Assembly (NCBI GenBank): GCA_964419225.1
Contig: CAYQPF010000010.1
Span: 4,134-68,133, forward strand
DNA length: 64,000 nucleotides
Direction of reading: 5' to 3'
DNA from: an uncultured Candidatus Cloacimonadota bacterium
GTDB taxonomy: Bacteria; Cloacimonadota; Cloacimonadia; Cloacimonadales; CAYQPF01
Shown: positions 40,500-50,032 of the stretch, piece after piece
How positions within the stretch are numbered: the first letter of the stretch is position 1
Layout of the letters: each line of letters opens with the position of its first letter
The notes under the pieces: generated by a model
Seen by the model: only the letters and a program-made list of their open reading frames with translations
Database searches by the model: none
Told to the model about the DNA's origin: nothing
Translations under genes and position numbers: made by a program

Positions 40500-41255
40500 A
40501 TGATTGATGTAAATGAGTTATTTGAGACCTGCGATCAGGAGTCTTTGATCAAAGGTTATACCAAGGATACAAGTTCCGGGGATTTGGTTTGTTTGATCTG
40601 CGGGAAGAGGTATGGTTTGGGTGAAGTGTTTGCAGAAGACGGGCATTTTTACACGACAGAGAAGATGATCACGATCCATGTTGAAAAAGTACATGGTTCA
40701 ATTTTAGATTATTTATTGAATCTGGACAAGAAGTCCACCGGTTTATCAGATCAGCAAACCAGGATCATCCGTTTGATCACGGAAGGATTCACAGACCTGG
40801 AAATAGCTGATGAGATCGGAGATATTACATCTTCCACTGTCAGAAACCACAGGTTTATACTGAGAGAAAAGGCCAGGCAGTCGAGAGTGTTTTTGGCAAT
40901 CATGAATTTTGTGGAAAGCTCTATTCAGGACAAAAAGAAGTTTGTCAAAGTACACCGTTACGCCACGAACATTGATGAAAGATATCAGGTGACAGAGGAA
41001 GAGAACGAAAAACTTCTGAGCAGATACATGGATAAAAGTGGAAAGATCCTGCAATTCCCGGCTAAGGAGAAAGTTCGTTTGATGCTTATCCGCCGGATAA
41101 GCATGAAGTTTAAGTTTGAGCAGAAATATTCAGAGAAGGAAGTGAATGAGATCTTGAAGCCTTTGTATAACGATTATGTTTTAATTCGCAGGCTGATGAT
41201 AGATTACGGTTTGTTGGACAGAAAAGCAGACGGAAGCGAGTATTGGCTGAAATAA
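40500..41255 (+). CDS. DUF2087-domain regulator with a central LuxR/sigma-70 region-4-type HTH
   Basis: LSDQQTRIIRLITEGFTDLEIADEIGDITSSTVRNHRF (HTH). C-terminal YSEKEVNEILKPLYNDYVLIRRLMIDYGLLDR (DUF2087-like). N-terminal CLICG...HVEKVH. GGAGG 5 nt before the ATG at 40500. Confidence 0.7.
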   Translation: MIDVNELFETCDQESLIKGYTKDTSSGDLVCLICGKRYGLGEVFAEDGHFYTTEKMITIHVEKVHGSILDYLLNLDKKSTGLSDQQTRIIRLITEGFTDLEIADEIGDITSSTVRNHRFILREKARQSRVFLAIMNFVESSIQDKKKFVKVHRYATNIDERYQVTEEENEKLLSRYMDKSGKILQFPAKEKVRLMLIRRISMKFKFEQKYSEKEVNEILKPLYNDYVLIRRLMIDYGLLDRKADGSEYWLK

Positions 41256-41296
41256 GAGTTGATAGTTGAGAGTTGAGAGTTGAGAGTTAGGGGAAT

Positions 41297-41466
41297 TTGT
41301 CTGAATCACGGATTAAAGGATTACAGGATTTCACGGAATAATCTGTTGGTAAACTATTACTCCTATAATTCCCAATTTGACTGGGAGTAAAAATAGTAAC
41401 TTCCCATACATAATAAACCACACCCGGAAAATCTGTGCCATCCTTTAATCCGTGGCATCCGTGATT
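41297..41466. repeat. MITE-like element, copy A (TIR TTGTCTGAATCACGGAT, 127-nt core at 41318-41444)
   Basis: Left TIR at 41297-41313. Internal inverted pair CACGGATTAAAGGA / TCCTTTAATCCGTG. Partial right TIR ATCCGTGATT at 41457-41466. The core has about 7 mismatches in 127 nt against 42990-43116. Confidence 0.65.
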
Positions 41467-41699
41467 AAGAAGGATTCAAGGCATGGAAAATTACCTATTT
41501 CAATTGTTTAATGTTCAATTCGGGGATTGCATTCCCTAATTATTCATATATTTGGGGAATGTAATCCCCTAATTATTGATTTTGTGTCGGTATCGGTTGA
41601 TGCAGTGAAAGAAATAGCATCAGTATTAATTTAATACGGACTTTCACAGACTTTCAAGGACAAAGAAGAGAGTTGAAGGAAATAGAAAAATTGTCTGAA

Positions 41700-42395
41700 T
41701 TACGGATTAAAGGATTCCACAGTTGGGGTTAAAGAATTATCTCTGCCCAATACAATATCCTGGGAAATAGCTTTTAGTAAACTACTGATATACAATAGGT
41801 CTGGCTGATTAATCCATAAAATTTGTTTCAAGAGGTCTGTGTTAAAAGTATTTATAATTTCTGCACAGTCAATTTCGTTAACCCAGGTATCCTTTTCCTG
41901 GGCAATTTTGAACATTGCCTCCCAATTGAAATTGTGTTTAAGGCTAATAAAGATAATATCCACAATGTCTTTTGCTTCATATCTGGCTAAAGCAGATAGT
42001 TTATTGGAGAGAATATTAAAAATATGATCGATCTTCACCTTTCCCTTATATGACAACTCACCGTAATGATAGGGAACATCATTAACAAAATCCAGTTTTA
42101 AAGTGAGATTATCTTTATGAATATAAAAGCGGGCAAAATCACTTGCTTTATTGATTACTTCCAAAACAAGTTCCTTATGCAAAAGAAAATAGTTTTCGAA
42201 CTTGTTGATATAGTTCCGAAATTCTGCATTACTGTTTATAAACAAATCTATATCGTCTGAATAACGATGGTTGAGATAAAATCTGCTTAATGCTGTTCCA
42301 CCGGTCAAATAGAATGGCAATTCCAATTCCGATATCAGATCCAGAATTTTATCTTGCAGAGGATACAATAGCTTCTGATAATAATCTGCGTGCAT
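41700..42395 (-). CDS. Nucleotidyltransferase, AbiEii/AbiGii-type toxin family
   Basis: YLTGGTALSRFYLNHRYSDDIDLF nucleotidyltransferase motif. About 230 aa. Start taken at MHADYYQKLL. Confidence 0.75.
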   Translation of the reverse strand: MHADYYQKLLYPLQDKILDLISELELPFYLTGGTALSRFYLNHRYSDDIDLFINSNAEFRNYINKFENYFLLHKELVLEVINKASDFARFYIHKDNLTLKLDFVNDVPYHYGELSYKGKVKIDHIFNILSNKLSALARYEAKDIVDIIFISLKHNFNWEAMFKIAQEKDTWVNEIDCAEIINTFNTDLLKQILWINQPDLLYISSLLKAISQDIVLGRDNSLTPTVESFNP

Positions 42396-42636
42396 TTTGA
42401 TACCTCTCACGAAGAGCTTTTGATTTTATTTGTTTGATGACACTGTCTGAAAGAAAGTCCAGGATTTGGTCTGGAGGGAAACTCCTGATCAATTCATACC
42501 AGGAATAAGACATGAGCAGTTTTACATAAATTGAGCGGGTAAGAGGATCACTAAGATCATTCTTCAGAATCAAACCTTCTATTTCATCAGCAGTCAGGTT
42601 CGAATCCCATTGAATACGTTTGATATCAAGATCCAT
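42349..42636 (-). CDS. Small upstream partner of the AbiEii-like gene (putative antitoxin)
   Basis: 95-aa ORF overlapping the toxin start by 47 nt. The call rests on position only. Confidence 0.4.
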   Translation of the reverse strand: MDLDIKRIQWDSNLTADEIEGLILKNDLSDPLTRSIYVKLLMSYSWYELIRSFPPDQILDFLSDSVIKQIKSKALRERYQNARRLLSEAIVSSAR

Positions 42637-42789
42637 ACTTCTCCCCTATTTTTACATATTCTCTTAATAAAACTCAGCTATTATTTTCAAAATGCCTCTT
42701 GAAGGTCAAGAAAAATGATGAAGGGATGGGTTTAAAGAGCTTTACTGTGAATTGCACGAATTTCTCAAATTGGAAAGCGACATCTTTTC

Positions 42790-42877
42790 GTAGAGACGCA
42801 TATTTGTCTCTTGGGGGACTAAGATGAGTTGAGACGCAAATGTCTTTATGAATTGAGACACAAATATGCGTCTCTAC
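42790..42877. repeat. Long inverted repeat (potential 18-bp perfect hairpin stem)
   Basis: GTAGAGACGCATATTTGT at 42790-42807 pairs with ACAAATATGCGTCTCTAC at 42860-42877. A related half-site GAGACGCAAATGTCT lies at 42831-42845. Confidence 0.7.
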
Positions 42878-42980
42878 AGGGCAGGAAATCCGGGAGTCAA
42901 AGCATGAGTGAGCGTATAATGCTTATTTCAGGGATTGCATTCCCTAATTATTGATTTTTGTTGCATTTTTCCCTTGATAA

Positions 42981-43184
42981 GAATGACTCGGATTACAGGA
43001 TTTCACGGAAAAATCTGTTGCTAAACTACTACTCCTATAATACCCAATTTGACTGGGAGTAAAAATAGTAACTTCCCATACATAATACACCACTCCCGGA
43101 AAATCAGTGCCATCCTCTCCCCATTTCCCTTATCTCACTGACACCTGATAACTGACACCTATTCTGCATCCGTGATTCAGACAA
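42981..43184. repeat. MITE-like element, copy B (core 42990-43116, exact inverted TIR at 43168-43184)
   Basis: ATCCGTGATTCAGACAA at 43168-43184 is the exact reverse complement of the copy A left TIR. The 127-nt core is nearly identical to copy A. Confidence 0.65.
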
Positions 43185-43347
43185 TCTCCCCTTCCGTGAT
43201 CTTATTTCGCTGTCCTTCAGAGACGGAACCCAAGTAGCAGCGATTGAAATTCTGAATTAGTATGCCAGAATTATGTGGAACACAGACAAAGAATCACTGA
43301 GAGATATTATTCACAGCTTTATGGAGATATAAGGATAACAGTATCTT

Positions 43348-44328
43348 CTATTTCAATGATTTAACGACATCCACAAATTCTTTTGGAGGATTAAATTGAG
43401 GTGCATCATTTACTATTTCATAGGGCAAATCAGTCATTTTCCCATCATGATACCAATACATTTTATCACTAATAGACCAAGGTCCATCTTTAAACATATT
43501 AGAGATTGTATAAATTAGGGGAAATATAACTTTTTGAACATCAGAATTTTCTATGGGATAGATAAGTAACATATGTCTGTCAGGAACTCCAATTATTGCT
43601 CCTTTTGAACCAATATATTTTGATAACAGGGGCTTATCAAGTAGGATATTTGCTGTAAAAACCTGTTCGCTGAGAATTGTCCAGAGTTTTTGTCCTTTAA
43701 CCATATCTTCCTGTTTTATCTCCAACGGGTACTTTTCTTTTATGTTATTAAATCCTATTTCAAATAATTCATCCTCAGACTTGTTCCATTTTTGGATATC
43801 TTCGGGTTTTACATTAGTTGTTGCTGATGGTTGATCAAATATTAACATTTCTACTAGATCATCAGCAATATATTTAAGGATAATACTATTTTCTCCTTTA
43901 ATATCAATTACATTGTCAATATAGTCTTTGGAATATATCCTGACACCAAGATATTGTTTCACTTTATTAAAATCACAAATATCTTCCCTGAGTTGTTTAT
44001 CAAACTTAGCTGACTCAATTAATTTTTCATAATGTGAGTTTATTATTTCCTGCCAAAGTTTAGAGTCATCCTGTTTGCAATCTTGAGCAAGATTTAATAA
44101 ACCATAGAAGCCATCTAAATTAAAATCATTTTTTTCTGGGTAAACAACACCATCTTCAATCTTAATTTTAATATTTTTGCTTTTAAAATATTTTTCTACA
44201 TAATTAATGAAGAGATTATACTCCTTTTTGTTAAAGAAATTAGCCCATTCAGGGACTTCTCTGTTTTGAGATTTGCCGGTTAAGAAAGTTGAAAACAATA
44301 AAAAGGCTGATAAAAAGATATTACGCAT
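43348..44328 (-). CDS. Secreted hypothetical protein
   Basis: GGAGGG RBS before the ATG at 44328. Signal peptide MRNIFLSAFLLFSTFLTG. No family recognised. Confidence 0.6.
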   Translation of the reverse strand: MRNIFLSAFLLFSTFLTGKSQNREVPEWANFFNKKEYNLFINYVEKYFKSKNIKIKIEDGVVYPEKNDFNLDGFYGLLNLAQDCKQDDSKLWQEIINSHYEKLIESAKFDKQLREDICDFNKVKQYLGVRIYSKDYIDNVIDIKGENSIILKYIADDLVEMLIFDQPSATTNVKPEDIQKWNKSEDELFEIGFNNIKEKYPLEIKQEDMVKGQKLWTILSEQVFTANILLDKPLLSKYIGSKGAIIGVPDRHMLLIYPIENSDVQKVIFPLIYTISNMFKDGPWSISDKMYWYHDGKMTDLPYEIVNDAPQFNPPKEFVDVVKSLK

Positions 44329-44504
44329 TAAACCCTCCATTGACAAACATTTTCATATTTTTACAATTTATTAAATTAATACACTTTTGTCAATTTTTTG
44401 TTCTGTGCTTATTTACTATATTTAGCAGAGATATGGAAATGTGTACTTGACAGAATAGCGTTTGGAAATAAAAGTGTAAAAAAAAGTAAAAAGGGGGTGA
44501 GAAT

Positions 44505-44708
44505 ATGCCAACAACTGTAGCAAGAGACGGAGAACCTTTTGAAATTACTCTCAAAAGATTTAAGAAAAAATGTGAAAAGGCTGCAATCCTTTCAGATATA
44601 AAAAAGCATCAGGCTTACGAAAAGCCAAGCGTTAAGAAAAAAAGAAAAGAAAATGCAGCGTCACGCAAAGCGATTAAGAATGCACGCAAATTGGAGAAAT
44701 ACTCTTAA
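44505..44708 (+). CDS. rpsU: 30S ribosomal protein S21
   Basis: MPTTVARDGEPFEITLKRFKKKCEKAAILSDIKKHQAYEKPSVKKKRK. Confidence 0.95.
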   Translation: MPTTVARDGEPFEITLKRFKKKCEKAAILSDIKKHQAYEKPSVKKKRKENAASRKAIKNARKLEKYS

Positions 44709-45148
44709 TGATACTCAGAATATCTGAAGAAATTAAGACTGCAATGAAAGAGCAGAACAAAGAAAGACTGTTAGTCCTTCGCTCTTTGAAGACAGAGTTA
44801 AAGAACAAAGAGATCGACTTGTGCCGTCCCTTGACGGAAGAAGAAGGTCTGGATGTAGTACGGAGATGTGTAAAGTCCAGGGAACAAGCCATCGAACTTT
44901 ATGAGAAAGGCGGCAGACCTGAATTGGCATTGAAGGAAAAAGAGGAAATAGCTTTACTACAGGTTTATTTACCTCAGACTTTAACCGAGGAAGAAATTGA
45001 GAAGGAAGTGGATTTGGCGATTCAGGAAAATCCGGAAATCACTGTCAAAGATATGGGTAAACTGATGAAAATCCTTTCAGCCAAACTCGGCAGTCGTGCA
45101 GACGGAAAGACTCTGAGCTCGATCGTCAGAAAAAAGCTTAGTACTTAA
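44708..45148 (+). CDS. yqeY: GatB/YqeY-domain protein
   Basis: ISEEIKTAMKEQNKERLLVLRSLKTELKNKEID...REQAIELYEKGGRPELALKEKEEIALLQVYLP. Confidence 0.9.
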   Translation: MILRISEEIKTAMKEQNKERLLVLRSLKTELKNKEIDLCRPLTEEEGLDVVRRCVKSREQAIELYEKGGRPELALKEKEEIALLQVYLPQTLTEEEIEKEVDLAIQENPEITVKDMGKLMKILSAKLGSRADGKTLSSIVRKKLST

Positions 45149-45157
45149 GTAATTTTA

Positions 45158-45181
45158 GGGAGCTCTGCTCCCTTTTTTTTT
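45158..45181 (+). terminator. Rho-independent terminator
   Basis: GGGAGCtctGCTCCC followed by a run of 9 T. Confidence 0.8.
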
Positions 45182-45203
45182 AGTTTTAAGATGAGGGTTT
45201 ACC

Positions 45204-45728
45204 ATGGAAATACTTGATATTATACTTTTGTTGTTTTTGTTTTTACTTGCCTACAAGGGTTATCGTAAAGGATTGATCGCAGCAGTTATTTATTGGGTCG
45301 GTCTCATCTCAGCAGTAATACTCATTGCGAAATTCAGTCCGTTAGTCCGTTTAGGTTTGATTAACAAATTTCATTTAGGCATTATCACCTCTACCCTGCT
45401 TTCCTATATTTTGATCTTTGTCCTGATCATGCTCTTAGGTAAAATTTTGGCACTTCTGCTGGATAAGCTTGTGCACATGGTGAAGCTAAGTCAGTTGAAC
45501 AGGATTTTAGGCAGTTTGATGGGAATACTGAACGGGTTTCTGGTGATCATGATCCTGCTTTTATTGTTGGATATGATGCCGTTTGTCAAGCCTATTCAAC
45601 GTTGGGCAAACAGTTCCAAAGTAGTAGTAGCCACCAGAGTACTGATGGAAGATATGCGGGTGAATGTATTCCACAAAATCAACCCTGAGAAAAATACAGG
45701 AAAACATAAAGCGAAGAAAGTGATTTAA
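45204..45728 (+). CDS. cvpA: CvpA-family membrane protein
   Basis: MEILDIILLLFLFLLAYKGYRKGLI and 4 TM segments. Confidence 0.75.
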   Translation: MEILDIILLLFLFLLAYKGYRKGLIAAVIYWVGLISAVILIAKFSPLVRLGLINKFHLGIITSTLLSYILIFVLIMLLGKILALLLDKLVHMVKLSQLNRILGSLMGILNGFLVIMILLLLLDMMPFVKPIQRWANSSKVVVATRVLMEDMRVNVFHKINPEKNTGKHKAKKVI

Positions 45729-45731
45729 GAG

Positions 45732-45886
45732 AAAGGTGTCAGGTGCCAGGTGTCAGTAACTAAGTCATGAGTTTGGAAAATGGGATGGATTAAGAATTGA
45801 GTAGAGAAAAAAGAAACACAGACTTACACAGACTGTCACGGACGAACAAGGACAGAGAAAGAGATCTACAGCCTTAATTGGAAGTA
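45732..45886. repeat. Mosaic intergenic element, homologous to 11242-11349
   Basis: AAAGGTGTCAGGTGCCAGGTGTCAG ... GTAGAGAAAAAAGAAACACAGACTTACACAGACTGTCACGGACGAACAAGGAC ... AAAGAGATCTACAGC ... TGGAAGTAA. Confidence 0.6.
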
Positions 45887-45962
45887 ATAGAATGAGACAA
45901 TTGCCAGAGGAAAAAATTAAAAAATAACTTTGAGATTTGTTGTTTTTACACAGGAGTCATAG

Positions 45963-48308
45963 ATGATCAGCGAAACTCATCTCGAATATAATAAAGTAAT
46001 AGCTTTAATAGCCGCAGAATGTCATTCCGAATTCGGAAAAGAACTTGTCAGAGCTCTTAAGCCTAAAACAGATATCAATCAAATCAAAGAACATTTAGAC
46101 TTATGTGAAGAAGTAATAGAAATTCAGAAACATTTTTTTGATCTGGATTTTGAGTACCTTTTTCCTTTAGAGCTAATTCTGGACAGACCTACCCTTGATA
46201 TTCTCACCTATGAAGAATTCAAGGATATCTATCATACTGCTCAGAAAGGAAATGAAGTAATCAGCCGTCAGGAAGAAACAAAAGACTTTAAGCGGTTTAC
46301 CCGCAAGGTTAAATCTCTGACAGAATTGCCCAACATCGAGAAAAGATTTACCCAGATCTATGATCCGCAAGGGGAAATTCTGGACAATGCCTCTCCCCAA
46401 CTGTCTGCGATCCGCAAGAGACAAAGACAGGTCAGAGAAAACATCGTGGGAGTACTTGGCAAGAAACTCCGGGATACTGGAATGGAAAAATTCCTGGCCG
46501 ATAAGATCGTAACCCAGAGAGATGACAGGTTTGTTATCCTTTTGAAAGACAGTTCCGTCAGTTTTGTGCAAGGGATAGTTCATGACAAATCTACTACCAA
46601 ATCTTCAGTATATTTTGAACCGACTGAAGTGATTGGTTTGAATAATGAAGTCAATACTTTGAAAGGTGATGAGAAGAGAGAGATCTTCCGCATTTTAAGA
46701 GAATATACAGAAGAGATCTTTTCAGTTAAATCCAATTTACTGCATAATTGCTTAGTTCTGCAGGAACTGGATTATTTCTTTGGAATAGGCAGATATTCCC
46801 GCAAGATCGAAGCGAGAAAACCTGATATTCTGAATGAACCCAAGATCAAGATGGTGAAAGCCAGACATCCTTTATTGATAACCAGACTGGGCAATATCAG
46901 CAAAGTCATACCTTTTGATGCTGAGTTAGGTTATGATTACAGGTTATTACTGATTTCAGGACCGAACACAGGCGGAAAGACAATCACACTTAAGGCTATC
47001 GGTTTATTGACAGCCATGGCTTTATCCGGGCTTCCTATCTGTGCAGGTTGGGGTACAGAGATCGGAGTATTTGACAATATCCTGGCAGACATTGGCGATA
47101 ATCAATCCTTAGAGAATTCCTTATCGACTTTTGCTGCTCACATCGAGAATATTAAGACAATGATCCAGAACGGCAACAGCAGATCACTGGTGCTGATAGA
47201 TGAAATTGGTTCAGCGACAGACCCGGAACAGGGTTCTGCTCTGGCACAGGCTATCATTGAAGAACTAGTACGTAAGCAGGTGCTGGGAGTTATCACAACA
47301 CATTACACATCATTGAAGTTATTTGTCGAAAAGACAGAAGGCTGTATCAATGCAGCGATGCATTTTGATCCGGAAAAACATTTACCGACCTATCAATTCA
47401 AACTGGGTTTACCGGGAAACAGTTTTGCCATAGAAGTGGCTTCTCATCTCGGACTACCGGAAGAGTTGATCAAGAGAGCCCAGGAATTGACGGGACAGGA
47501 GAATATTCAGTTAACAGAGCTGATTCGTAAAGTAAATGAAGAGAAGAAGAATCTTTCACGGCACAATTACGAGATGGAATTGAAGATGAAGCTGATGGAA
47601 AGGAAAGCCGGGGAGTACGAGCAGAAGATCAATGATTTTGAAAATGAGAAGAAAGCATTAAAGAAAAAAGCCCTGCAGGAAGCTTCCGACTATTTAACAG
47701 TCATCCAGAGACAGTTAACGGAAGAATTTGACATTATTAAAAAAGAAGCAAAAGAGACGAAAAAGAGTAAGCTGAACGATCTGAATGATCTTGTTCAGGA
47801 ATACCATTCCGAAGTTGGAGAAAAACTGGATACTTTGAAGGGTAACCAGAAAGTGCGGATCAAGAAACCGGAAACCGGGATGAAAGTCTGGGTTAAGTCT
47901 TTGGATGCAAAGGCGACAATAGCAGAGATCAATAAAGATAGTTCCAAGGTTGAGCTGAATGGGATCTTTTTCACAGTAAAGAATGATGATCTATTCTTCA
48001 ACAAAGAACAGCCTGTATTTGAGCAACCGGTTCAAAACAGAGGTATGCGAACAGAAACAAAAGAAATCAAGACAGAATTGAAACTGCTCGGTCTTACTTT
48101 CGAAGAAGCGTTGCCATTGCTGGAAGCTTTTCTGGATGATGCTATGCTGGCAGGTTTGAATAAAGTGCGGGTAGTTAATGGTAAAGGCACAGGAGTACTG
48201 AGAAGTAAAGTCAGAGGCTATCTGAGAAAGAATAAAAAAGTTGTGGAATTCTATACACCGGCACAGGAAGCAGGTGGTGACGGCGTGACGGTAGTGAGTT
48301 TCAACTAA
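45963..48308 (+). CDS. mutS2: Endonuclease MutS2
   Basis: Walker A GPNTGGKT, DEIGSATDP, long coiled coil, C-terminal Smr domain (VVNGKGTGVLRSKVRGYL). Confidence 0.95.
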   Translation: MISETHLEYNKVIALIAAECHSEFGKELVRALKPKTDINQIKEHLDLCEEVIEIQKHFFDLDFEYLFPLELILDRPTLDILTYEEFKDIYHTAQKGNEVISRQEETKDFKRFTRKVKSLTELPNIEKRFTQIYDPQGEILDNASPQLSAIRKRQRQVRENIVGVLGKKLRDTGMEKFLADKIVTQRDDRFVILLKDSSVSFVQGIVHDKSTTKSSVYFEPTEVIGLNNEVNTLKGDEKREIFRILREYTEEIFSVKSNLLHNCLVLQELDYFFGIGRYSRKIEARKPDILNEPKIKMVKARHPLLITRLGNISKVIPFDAELGYDYRLLLISGPNTGGKTITLKAIGLLTAMALSGLPICAGWGTEIGVFDNILADIGDNQSLENSLSTFAAHIENIKTMIQNGNSRSLVLIDEIGSATDPEQGSALAQAIIEELVRKQVLGVITTHYTSLKLFVEKTEGCINAAMHFDPEKHLPTYQFKLGLPGNSFAIEVASHLGLPEELIKRAQELTGQENIQLTELIRKVNEEKKNLSRHNYEMELKMKLMERKAGEYEQKINDFENEKKALKKKALQEASDYLTVIQRQLTEEFDIIKKEAKETKKSKLNDLNDLVQEYHSEVGEKLDTLKGNQKVRIKKPETGMKVWVKSLDAKATIAEINKDSSKVELNGIFFTVKNDDLFFNKEQPVFEQPVQNRGMRTETKEIKTELKLLGLTFEEALPLLEAFLDDAMLAGLNKVRVVNGKGTGVLRSKVRGYLRKNKKVVEFYTPAQEAGGDGVTVVSFN

Positions 48309-50017
48309 TGGATACAACATTATTAGACCGGATTCGGGAAGGCATCAACATAGTCGATCTGATCGGCAGTTATTTACCTTTAAAGAAATCCGGGACGAAT
48401 TATAAAGCAAGATGTCCTTTTCATGAGGAAAAGACCGGCTCATTCATGGTGAGTGAGACCAAGCAGATCTACCGTTGTTTCGGCTGCGGGAAATCCGGCA
48501 ATGTTTTTACATTCCTAAGGGATTATGAAAGGATCACATTTTTTGATGCAGTGAAGAAACTGGCTGAGAGACTGGGAATCAGTATTCAGGAAACTCAGGT
48601 GAATACGATCAAGAAAACCAGGATGGATCTTCTTTTTACGATCAATCGTCTTGCCACGGATTATTATAAACAGAATTTAAGATTACCTACTTCAGAATTA
48701 ACCAGATTTATTGAGCAGAGAAAATTGACGCTGGAGATAATGGAGAAGTTCGAGCTGGGTTATGCACCGGACAGTTATGGTGGTTTAAAGAATTATTTAC
48801 AGAAGAATGAAATAAATACCCAGATCTTTGAAAGCTGCGGATTATTCATCAGAACAGATATGGGTATGACAGACAGATTCAGGAACAGGCTGGTCTTCCC
48901 CATTCATGCAGCATCTGGAAAAGTTGTGGCGTTCAGTGCGAGAGTACTTCTCAATGAGCAGCCAGGTGGAAAATATGTTAACTCACCGACCACCGATCTT
49001 TATACGAAAGGCAAGGAGTTGTACGGGTTATTTGAAACCAGACATGACATAGCGAAGAAGAATTTTGTTCTGATCTGTGAAGGCAATATTGATTTTCTCA
49101 GGCTTTACGCATATGGCTTTAAGAACAGTGTAGCCTCATTGGGAACAGCGTTAACAGTTGAGCAGGTGTTTTTACTGAGCCGATACACCCAGAATTTCTA
49201 TATTATCAATGACGGGGACAGTGCAGGACAGAAGGCAACACTCCGTTCTGCCGGTCTGATCATTCAGAAAGGCTATTCTGTGAAGATTGTTGATCTGCCG
49301 ATGGGAGAAGATCCGGACACCTTTTTATTGAAGAAAGGTGCAGAAGCTTTGCAGGTTTTAATTGATCAGGCAGTTACTCTGCCGGAATTTACGAAAAATT
49401 CTCAGAATCTGGAAATGACAGAGAAAGAGAAGATCACATTCTTGAAAGAAATCGGAGATTCGACTACAGATGAATTGTCGAGAGAGCTTTTTATAAAGGA
49501 AGTGGCAAAAGTTTTCGGAATTCATCAGACAGCTTTAGAAAAGAGAACTGACAGGCCAAAACCGGTAGAAAGTAAGCCTGTTGATGAAAGTAAAGAGTAT
49601 TTGGAAGAGAAAGAATATCTGAAATTACTCTTAAATGATAAAGAAATAAATAAAAGACTTGCGGAAGAGCTAAATTCTGATTATTTTTTTAATGAAAGAT
49701 ATAGAAACCTATATCTTTTATTGACAGAAAAACAGCTCTTTGAGTTTGTTGATAATCCAGCTTTACTGCTGGAAAAGATTGAAGATGAGAAATTAAATTT
49801 ATTAATGGCAAGTTTGCTAATGGATGAATCCTTAGTAATGACCGAGGCTGAGATTATTAATCAAATGAAATTGAAGAAGCTGAGAAGAGATTTAAATATT
49901 GTTACTAAGCAGATGAATCAAAATGTAGAGGATATGGAATTATTCGAGAAAAAGCAATTTTTATCTCGGGAAATTAGAAGATTAAGTAATAAAGTAGTAA
50001 ATAAGACTTTGTTTTAA
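48308..50017 (+). CDS. dnaG: DNA primase
   Basis: Zn finger CPFHEEKTGSFMVS...YRCFGCGKSGN. TOPRIM EGNIDFL...NDGDSAGQKA. Confidence 0.95.
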   Translation: MDTTLLDRIREGINIVDLIGSYLPLKKSGTNYKARCPFHEEKTGSFMVSETKQIYRCFGCGKSGNVFTFLRDYERITFFDAVKKLAERLGISIQETQVNTIKKTRMDLLFTINRLATDYYKQNLRLPTSELTRFIEQRKLTLEIMEKFELGYAPDSYGGLKNYLQKNEINTQIFESCGLFIRTDMGMTDRFRNRLVFPIHAASGKVVAFSARVLLNEQPGGKYVNSPTTDLYTKGKELYGLFETRHDIAKKNFVLICEGNIDFLRLYAYGFKNSVASLGTALTVEQVFLLSRYTQNFYIINDGDSAGQKATLRSAGLIIQKGYSVKIVDLPMGEDPDTFLLKKGAEALQVLIDQAVTLPEFTKNSQNLEMTEKEKITFLKEIGDSTTDELSRELFIKEVAKVFGIHQTALEKRTDRPKPVESKPVDESKEYLEEKEYLKLLLNDKEINKRLAEELNSDYFFNERYRNLYLLLTEKQLFEFVDNPALLLEKIEDEKLNLLMASLLMDESLVMTEAEIINQMKLKKLRRDLNIVTKQMNQNVEDMELFEKKQFLSREIRRLSNKVVNKTLF

Positions 50018-50032
50018 AACCAAAGGAGTATT

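Noticed and set aside
42349-42410. 47-62 nt overlap between the 95-aa ORF and the AbiEii-like ORF, considered as a frameshifted single gene
   Set aside because: AbiEii-type toxins of about 230 aa with a separate small upstream partner are normal. The toxin has its own plausible Met (MHADYY...). I cannot exclude a frameshift without homolog alignment, so both are reported as separate CDSs, with low confidence for the partner.
42597-42607. GGTTCGAATCC, the classic tRNA T-loop sequence
   Set aside because: The flanking bases (TCAGG / CCCAT) cannot form a T-stem, and no acceptor or anticodon arms are nearby. It lies inside the 95-aa ORF upstream of the AbiEii-like gene (codes ...WDSNLT...). Coincidental.
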